From: Parasitella parasitica NRRL 2501
Taxonomy: Eukaryota > Fungi > Mucoromycota
Assembly (NCBI GenBank): GCA_025201805.1
Contig: MU619343.1
Span: 1-64,000, forward strand
Length of the DNA stretch: 64,000 nt
Direction of reading: 5' to 3'
Shown in pieces: positions 54,960-64,000 of this stretch (position 1 is the stretch's first letter; every line of letters begins with the position of its first letter). Under the pieces are notes generated by a model. It worked only from the letters and a program-made list of their open reading frames with translations, was not told the origin of the DNA and did not search any database. The position numbers and the translations under genes were made by a program.

Positions 54960-55540
54960 TCTCGGAGCCATTCTGTTTAAAACCACTCCAGAGGAAATGG
55001 GTTCATCAGCCGAATGAAAAGCAGTTGACTGGACAACCACATCTGTCAAGTATTATCAAAGTGTTTTGGCCTTGGGCACATTACATCACTGAATATTGTC
55101 ATTAGGTAAACCAATACTGCAGACAAACATATCAATACGAGTTTGCAAATCTGGCCCTTGTACTTATTTAGCAAAGTGATGATGATTCAACCGATAGTAG
55201 AGCCCTGAGCAGCCAAAGCCAACAAGACGGCAAAGTGCATGGTTTTTTTTTAGTTTTGGTTTAGCTGAGGCAGACAGGTCATCCTTAGCTCTTAGTCAGC
55301 CCTTGGTCATGTTGACATCTAAGCAGGGTTTTACAGAGTGAGTAAGCCTTGGATGACTACACAACATTTGAATTGAACAAAAAGGCTTTTCTTCCTTCTA
55401 TTTCTTTGGTGTGTAGGCTTTTTTTTTTCTTTACCGTAGAAAGGCCACCACTACTCCCTTTACTTGTGCTCTAAGCCTGCTGTATTGCCCAGGATGTCCT
55501 TTTTGTGGCTATGACCATTGTTGAGTGTGATTTTTGACGT
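54960..55540 (+). ncRNA. Candidate structured ncRNA, possibly telomerase RNA
   Basis: No credible ORF; template-like ACAACCACA 55033-55041, crossing helices downstream, six nested helices 55296-55524 with G-U pairs favouring the plus strand, Sm-like GATTTTTGA 55529-55537; ends approximate. Confidence 0.45.
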
Positions 55541-55654
55541 CACCGGTGAAGAAGCTCGAGTTTTGGTTGTCTTATTGGCACCCAGGGATGTGCATCCCAA
55601 AAACGAAATTGCACCTGGCAATTTTTATTTTTATTTTACTCTGTTATTTACATC

Positions 55655-56640
55655 ATGTTTTCCCCTGTGCTCAAGAGAAGTGTAAGTTTAGAGAGAAACA
55701 GCCCGTGACAGAGATTTTAACCATGCAAATAGCTTACAGCCGCTGCTGCCGGTAGCGCTTGGGTCGCAACTGCCTCTACGGCATTTGCGGAAGAAAAGAG
55801 AACCAAGGTAAGAAAATATAGAAAAAAAAAAAAAAAAAAAAAGCGAGCACCAACAAGATGTGATCAGCCTTCTCATCAGTTAATGTACAGCTCAGTATTT
55901 ACGATGAACCCGAGCCCAAAGTAGTCATCATTGAATCGCCAACCAAGCTTGAAGAGCAAGTTTACATTGCACAAAAATATGCCAACGAAACATTGGAAGA
56001 GGGCAAGGTAAATTTGAAATACGATATAACAGGCGGCAAAACCTTCATATTCTGATGTATAAATGTATGATAGACTCAAGTCAATGTCTGGGTACAAAAA
56101 TACCAAGAACTAGAGAATCAAGTTACCACTAACATCAGCAGCACTATCGACAAAGATGAAGAGATCTTTCCCAATGTAGTTTATGTTGGTGTTGCCGCAT
56201 TGGCCGGCACCATTATCGCTCGCAACAGAAACATTGTGCTTCGTTTTTTGACTTCTACCGCATTAGCCGTTGGAGCTTCGTACTATCTTCTTCCAAAGAC
56301 CACTCACAATGTTGCCGTTCAGCTCGAGAAGTTAGAACATAGATATCCTCCACTCCACGCAGCACATCAGAGCGTCAACGATGCTGTTGGAGATGTCCGC
56401 AAACAAATTGATGACACTGTATCGCAATTGCGTGGCACCGTCGATGAAAATGCCAGCAAATTGCGTCAACAGATCGAGCAGAACACGAAACTCGTCAAAG
56501 ATCAAGTTACCAGTGCTGTCGACTCTACCAACTCCGAGGCAAAGGAAAAGTACGATCAAGTCAAGAAGAACGTTGAAAGCATGTACACAACAAGATCAAA
56601 GCCCGGCGTTGATGAAGTCTTGAAGCAAGAAAGAAAGTAA
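55655..56640 (+). CDS. MIC26: MICOS subunit Mic26/Mic27 (apolipoprotein O family); 4 exons
   Basis: MFSPVLKRS|LTAAAAG..TK|LSIYDEPEP..SPTKLEEQV; IFPNVVYVGVAALAGTIIARNRNIVLRFL..YYLLPKTTHN. Confidence 0.82.
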
Positions 56641-56938
56641 AATTTTTCAATAAATTGTATATAAAAGTCTATTTATTAAAATCATAATGACATGGATTGC
56701 CCTTGTTTTTTTTGACTTTTTTGACTTGGCCTGCTGTTGTTTGATGGTAGTGTATATAGCTATTTTTTGGATATATAACCCCTCCCTTTGTTCAATCTTT
56801 NNNNNNNNNNCAACATCAAAACAACAAATAGCAAATCAATAGTTGGCAGCCAACTTCGGCAGCAGCACAAGGTTCACTCACACATTTCCTCTTTTCCTTT
56901 TTCTTTCTTGTCCTAGTTTTACAGAACAAAGATTCAAC

Positions 56939-58504
56939 ATGTCAAAAGATAATGTACAAGAACCTCATCCTTTTTATGACGAAAAGTCTATCGAAAAAGA
57001 AGCCCGGATTCGGAACCTTTTTGATTCGCTAGACCACAAGGGTCAAGGTGTTGTGTATACCAAAGATATATCAGAAGCATGCCGACTGCCAGCCCATACG
57101 AGATATGCGTCAGAACTGCTGAATTCAGACGATGAAAATGGGATAGACTATGATAGATTTAGGGCTCACGTCATTGAAAAAGAGCAAGAGCTTTGGGATG
57201 TGTTCAGCGCCATCAACCAACAGGGCGACCATAGATTGAAGCCGAATGAATTGGAATATGCGCTAAAGGAGTCCGGGATTCATGTTACAAAATCCGATAT
57301 CGAAGCCTTGGTTCAATTTATTGGCACTGATGGCCATGGCTACATTGATTTTGAAAATTGGAGAAATTTCTTGCTGCTTTTGCCTCACGAAACTACGTTG
57401 ACCGAAATCTACAGATATTATCAGACCACGACACAGCTCAATGCCGATGCTGAGGTTGTTATTCCACACACGGACGAGGCAGCGCGGAATGCATACAAAT
57501 ACCTAACAGCAGGCGCTATGGCAGGCTGTGTTTCACGCACCTGCACTGCTCCCCTAGATCGACTCAAAGTATACCTTATTACTCACACTACTTATCAACC
57601 CCACCTTAATACACATCAACACAAAGCATCGTCATCGGCCATCTTGAATGCTGTAAAGAAAATCTATCGGGATGGCGGTTTTCGTGGTCTTTACGTCGGT
57701 AATGGTCTAAACGTCATAAAAATCGTGCCAGAATCAGCCATCAAATTTTACGTTTTTGAAACGTCAAAGGCAATCATGGCCCAAATGACAGGTGCACAAG
57801 ATAAAAACTCGATTCCTGTTGGTGCGCGTTTCATTGCTGGCGGTGTGGCCGGCTTGTGCTCTCAATTTTGTATATATCCTTTAGAAACTCTCAAGACGAG
57901 AATCATGTCCAGCCAAGAAGGACAGGGCGTCAGACCAAGTGCCTTAAAGACAATAAGAGAAATGTATAAAACTGGTGGCCCAAGAGCTTTCTGGCCTGGT
58001 TTATTTTTGAGTCTGTTGGGTGTATTTCCATACCAAGCACTAGATATGGGTATTTATGAAACTTTGAAAGTGTCTTATTTGCAGTCCATGGATAAAGCTG
58101 GTGCTAATCAGGGATTGCCACAAGGCGAAAAGGTGCATCCTAACGTGCTAGTGCTGTGGATGTGTGGCATGGTTAGTGGCTCAATTGGAGCAAGTAGTGT
58201 TTATCCTTTAAACATGATTAGGACTAGGTAAGACTTGAATGATCATGTGTGTGTGGATTGTATGCGTGTGTGTATGTGCGTGCTAACAAGCATCTGTATA
58301 TAAACTAGATTACAAGCGCAGGGAACACCCGGCCATCCTTTTAGATACACTTCTGCTTGGGATGTAGCTCGAAAAACGTATAGAGCTGATGGTGTCCGAG
58401 GATTCTATAAAGGACTCGGTCCAACTTTATTCAAAGTTGTGCCTTCCATTAGTATCAGTTATGCCGTCTATGAATTTTCAAAGAGATCATTGGGAATTTC
58501 ATAA
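56939..58504 (+). CDS. SAL1: Ca2+-binding mitochondrial ATP-Mg/Pi carrier; 2 exons
   Basis: N-terminal EF-hand-like loops, then three carrier repeats PLDRLKV, PLETLKTR, PLNMIRTR|LQAQGT; GNGLNVIKIVPESAIKF. Confidence 0.93.
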
Positions 58505-58610
58505 AATTTACTATTAAAAGAAAGAAAAAAAAAAAACTATAGACCTTCTTGTAAATATATACATATATTAAAAGCAATAATAATATTGTTCCTCCCAGAT
58601 CGAGACAGAT

Positions 58611-59855
58611 TTACATTAAAGTATCATCATTGTTGCCTGTAGAGCAAGTAACGGACCATAATCTTGCAATGGAGCAAAGTGCGTTTGGCGGATCAAATGA
58701 TGGTGCATTTTTGGTGGTTTTTGGTGGTCTGTTGTCATTTCTAAGCGAATAGTACATGCCCAGTATCAAGTAGTCTGTGACCGTATCACTGTGTGCTAAT
58801 TCTTGCAGCTTATCCTGTTCTGCATCAGCATTAGCAACAGTAGCATCCTCTTGGTCGCTTTTAAAAGGTGCCATGATTTCTACATTCTTTTTTATCGTGT
58901 CTAATTTTTGCTCGATACTCTCACTAAAGGCATGGTTAGTAACAGACATGGTGGATCGAGAAGCAATGTAAATTTTCTGCAATGATTGGGCAATATGGGG
59001 CAAGTAGGACAGATTTTGAGTCAGTTTCTTTGCATATGTACTGCTGAAGATGAGTGGATACAAATGGCATGTTTTCTTGATCAATAGTGTAGTTAGTGCC
59101 TCCTCCAAGTAGTTTGTTATAATGTCCAACGTCAATTTTCTCTTCCAATTTGCTTGGAATTCTTTCAATTTAGGGCTAGTGAAATTGAATACGACCTCCA
59201 GTTTATCCAGGGTGCCATACGGTGCTTGTTTATCCAACACATAAGATAAAGGAGTTGTTACAAATGCTTTCTCAATTTGATAATAGTAAATTCCATTTTC
59301 AGTAGTTGCTAGAGTACAGGTCAAAGTAGAAGGCTTACACTTGAATCTACACTTTTGCATCACTTTGTCTAAAATGATTTGGAACCATGGAGGGTGGTCT
59401 AGTTTATCCTTCAAGTTGTTCAATAAAAGAATGCATTGTACATTCAGCACACCAGATGGATTCAGTACGACATCTAGTTTATCAAGATCAAATTGTCTGT
59501 AGCTTTCTTGTCGATTTTGAAGATGATATGTTGAATAGTGAGTGCATGTTGCATCGCATGAGAATGGAGTAGACAGAAGAGCACTACTCTTGGACTCTGG
59601 AATAGATAGATCCACTTGTTTTGTTGAATGAATGCTACTGATCTTTGATCTGGAGAATTCTTTGGGTGGTGTTGGTATAAATGTATTCGCTGTAAGCAAT
59701 GAAGACGAAGGAAATGAAATGCTACCGTCATCCTCCTCTTCGCCTGCTTCCGTCTGATGTCCCACTTGTTGATCCAGTCCTTCTGACCCATCTAATAGAC
59801 AATACAGATATTCGCCCGCTTGATCTACTGGCGATTTTTCTTCAATGGAATCCAT
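58611..59855 (-). CDS. Hypothetical 414-aa protein; C-terminal half resembles the TOPOVIB-like transducer domain
   Basis: Long intronless ORF, likely start MDSIEEKS at 59855; the coding call is strong, the TOPOVIBL call is an inference from a remembered motif pattern. Confidence 0.75.
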   Translation of the reverse strand: MDSIEEKSPVDQAGEYLYCLLDGSEGLDQQVGHQTEAGEEEDDGSISFPSSSLLTANTFIPTPPKEFSRSKISSIHSTKQVDLSIPESKSSALLSTPFSCDATCTHYSTYHLQNRQESYRQFDLDKLDVVLNPSGVLNVQCILLLNNLKDKLDHPPWFQIILDKVMQKCRFKCKPSTLTCTLATTENGIYYYQIEKAFVTTPLSYVLDKQAPYGTLDKLEVVFNFTSPKLKEFQANWKRKLTLDIITNYLEEALTTLLIKKTCHLYPLIFSSTYAKKLTQNLSYLPHIAQSLQKIYIASRSTMSVTNHAFSESIEQKLDTIKKNVEIMAPFKSDQEDATVANADAEQDKLQELAHSDTVTDYLILGMYYSLRNDNRPPKTTKNAPSFDPPNALCSIARLWSVTCSTGNNDDTLM

Positions 59856-60208
59856 TATGTATTTGAAAAGAGGGAGTTGATTCAAACTGATCAAATGCTT
59901 TTGACGGAACGAATCGGCTGAGAGGAATGTCCGACTAAACATGGCTACATGTAATGGTAAAAGAAAAGATACTTTTAAGCTATTAACCAATACTAACAAA
60001 AGTATCAATGTTATGAATTGCTTGATCGAATTTCGTTTGTTTTCATCAGAAAACAAACCTTGCTCAGGTTGAACTTCACATGCCACCTTAATCAACCATA
60101 CTAATCATTTTTCCAGGCGAGGTTACACACAACCATGTTTTATTCGTATTTTTTGTTAAATTGTATATATTTTAGTTATCGAATGCATTTTAAATAAATC
60201 AAAGAGGG

Positions 60209-60972
60209 TTACATGGCAGCCAAGTATAAGGTACCGATAGCGGTAGCACCCATCACAGCATAACCAGTTGTGTAAACACTCTTGATGTCAATCATTTTAG
60301 TGGTATCCCAAACCTAGTGTAATTCGCAATTAACCAACAAAGACTGTAGCTATTCCTGCATTACTTACCAAATGTCTGATGCCGTTGAGGCTGTGGAAAA
60401 CAAAAGGGAAAGCGACAGTTGTCTTTGCAGCAAACTTCAAAGCAAAAGGAGCCGCTGTTGCAGCAGAAATAATGCTGGCGGTATCAATTGTAACACCAAG
60501 AGCAGGAGCTGCAACGTAGGCAAGGGCACCCAAGTAGAAAGCTACCAAATAGAGTAATATAATTTTAGATAAAAAAGATAAACATGATCGCGTTTCAACT
60601 TTTACCACCGCCTATAGCAGCACCAGTGACTCTATGAAGACCAGACAAATACCAAGTGATTTGGGGTTGATAGATTTGAAGATGGGGAGAAACAGGGCGA
60701 AGCTTACGTTGCTGGCGCAAAAGCTCGGATTCAGCAGCAGCACATTGCTCTTGAGCCTTGTGAGAAGCATTGAAATGTCTTTGGTGTGTGTTAATTTTCT
60801 TATCGAATTGGTTGCCATGGTTACTTACCTGACACCAAGCGCAGGAGAGGTAGCAACGGCGCTTCTAAATATGATGGGGTCTATTTAATCAGGGTTAGTA
60901 TTCATATTGTTGATTGTAATATCTCTATTTACTTTGAGCAACTGTCTTCAAGATGGAACGGGTAGCCAACAT
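60209..60972 (-). CDS. SDH3: Succinate dehydrogenase cytochrome b560 subunit; multi-exon
   Basis: QQRKLRPVSPHLQIYQPQITWYLSGLHRVTGAA, FPFVFHSLNGIRHL|VWDT. Confidence 0.95.
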
Positions 60973-61069
60973 TATATTGTTAAAGAGTGGGGTGTGAAAA
61001 TGTGAAGAAGATAAAATGTGGAGAAATTGGAAGGGGGGTGGAGGCGTTCATTTTATCTATAGGATGTGA

Positions 61070-62659
<1,590 letters not shown>

Positions 62660-62968
62660 TTAGTATATGTAGATAGCGTTAACAATAATCCATATTTAAT
62701 AATTGATAATACATCATAGTAATCATATTACATGCACTAACCAATATAAACAAGTATAATGCATATCTGTATTTTAGACATGTTTGTATGTATCAGGCCA
62801 TACTGCAACAATAATCAAGATGCCATCTTAAGCATACACTTGATCACAACTTGCCTAGCTTTTGTTTCAACATTCCCCGAGCTCTTTTCTCGCTTGATTT
62901 CTGTTCAGAATATATATGAGAGCAACATTATGTCTCGCTCTTTTTGTTTGTTGTCCAAGTATTGCTGA

Positions 62969-63445
62969 ATGACCATGATTACACGATTGATATGTCTGTG
63001 TGGAATTGTATGCACAGTCGTCTCACAAAGCAAGTATATACACACATCATTAATCACATAAAAGATATACTCACTGGATAAAACAATTATGTAGTAACTT
63101 ATCCTACAGTTGGGACTGTGTGGAAGGTTGGCCAAAACGCAAAAGTTGTAAATATGTATATCAATTTATAAAGGCATTTGAAGAAGCATTAACCACTCGC
63201 AATGTATACACACAAAGTCATTTAAGCCTGGCCAAAATGGAGAAACGGTCAGTCTATTCTTTAACAATGATCGAAGAAACGCGTTAGGTGGTGGATCTAT
63301 TGCCAACATTGGCGGTACTTTTCAATTTACAGTACCTTTAAACGCTCTCAGCTTAAAAGGCGGGACCTCTGAGCTGGTCGCTGTGCATAGAGTGAATGGA
63401 CATCTTCAAGCCGTAGATAATGTAAAAGTTCGAATTATTCATTAG
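62969..63445 (+). CDS. Small secreted beta-sandwich protein (Kre9/Knh1-N-like start), about 113 aa; 3 exons; not in ORF track
   Basis: MTMITRLICLCGIVCTVVSQI|TYPTVGTVWKVGQNAKV|SFKPGQNGETVSLFFNN..GGTFQFTVP..VRIIH-stop. Confidence 0.7.
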
Positions 63446-63808
63446 TATACTTGCATATAATAAAACGACATTATTTACAAAATTAAGATAAGTTTGTATG
63501 ATAATAGTTATATATCTGAACACTACTATCATGGAAATGCCAAGGAGTCTCTAAGATAATACTTTCATTGGCTATTCTTTAAGGGTTATTCACAACCCTT
63601 TCTACTATAATTTCAGCAAACATCTCACCGTATATCATAACCACACTAAGTCTCACATACTGTTATCCTTACGAATATACACTGATTACAAATATTCCTC
63701 AACCCTTACGAAATAAATCAATCTCAATATACTACAGATTTAAAATATACGGGTCTTCATATACATATTTACATATTTATTCATAACGAGAAGATGAGAG
63801 CTAGATAT

Positions 63809-64000
63809 TCAGTATTTCCTTGCTTTTTGGAGCCTATTGAACAGACCCCTTTTTGTGTTTATGGGAGCTTGTGTTGGTCTGCGTCTTGTAAAACCAAAAC
63901 CTCGAGATTGCGGTCTGGAAGCAGCAGAAACACCAGCGGCAGTAGCGGCAGCTGGAGCCAATTTTTTTACCAGCCCACCAACAGTGCTTCTCTTTGATCT
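63809..64000 (-). CDS. 3' end of a gene extending beyond the window; basic C-terminus
   Basis: Open minus frame RSKRSTVGGLVKKLAPAAATAAGVSAASRPQSRGFGFTRRRPTQAPINTKRGLFNRLQKARKY-stop at 63809. Confidence 0.55.
   Translation of the reverse strand, partial: RSKRSTVGGLVKKLAPAAATAAGVSAASRPQSRGFGFTRRRPTQAPINTKRGLFNRLQKARKY

Noticed and set aside
55176-55370. U3, box C/D or H/ACA snoRNA reading (TGATGA, CTGA, CAGAGTGAG, GTCATCC/GGATGAC followed by ACA)
   Set aside because: No U3 box A/A', no good ANANNA H box at the hinge, and the longer nested arm to 55524 explains more pairings; kept only as an alternative to test with Rfam
55335-55450. RNase MRP P4-like pair on the minus strand (GAAAAGCCTT / AAGGCTTACTC)
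   Set aside because: The two halves are only about 35 nt apart, far too close for an MRP RNA

Overview
Eukaryotic, intron-rich, AT-rich fungal DNA. Gene content and style point to Mucorales, possibly Rhizopus-like (inferred, not proven). About 30 protein-coding genes can be reconstructed by hand-splicing. These include LPD1, an SDT1-like HAD nucleotidase, an alpha-arrestin, KU70, a secreted beta-helix protein, NOT3/5, an amino-acid permease, an aldo-keto reductase, POP5, a ricin-B/mucoricin-like lectin, a PA-RING E3, an Sds3-like protein, a Cys-rich type I membrane protein, two divergent RTA1 paralogues, a Rab5, a PEBP, three tandem transcription factors (GATA, bHLH, Myb+C2H2), transgelin, MIC26, SAL1, SDH3 and ESA1. 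LTR-like remnants lie at about 0.7-1.8 kb and 17.2-19.3 kb. Two candidates stand out. (1) An unannotated ~600-nt structured plus-strand RNA between transgelin and MIC26. It carries a 1.5-copy template for the Rhizopus telomere repeat (CCACAA), a template-adjacent pseudoknot, an enclosing helix, a long arm and an Sm-like site, so it is a candidate telomerase RNA. (2) A hypothetical gene whose C-terminal half resembles the transducer domain of the meiotic TOPOVIB-like Spo11 partner. All coordinates of spliced genes were read by eye and no database searches were run.
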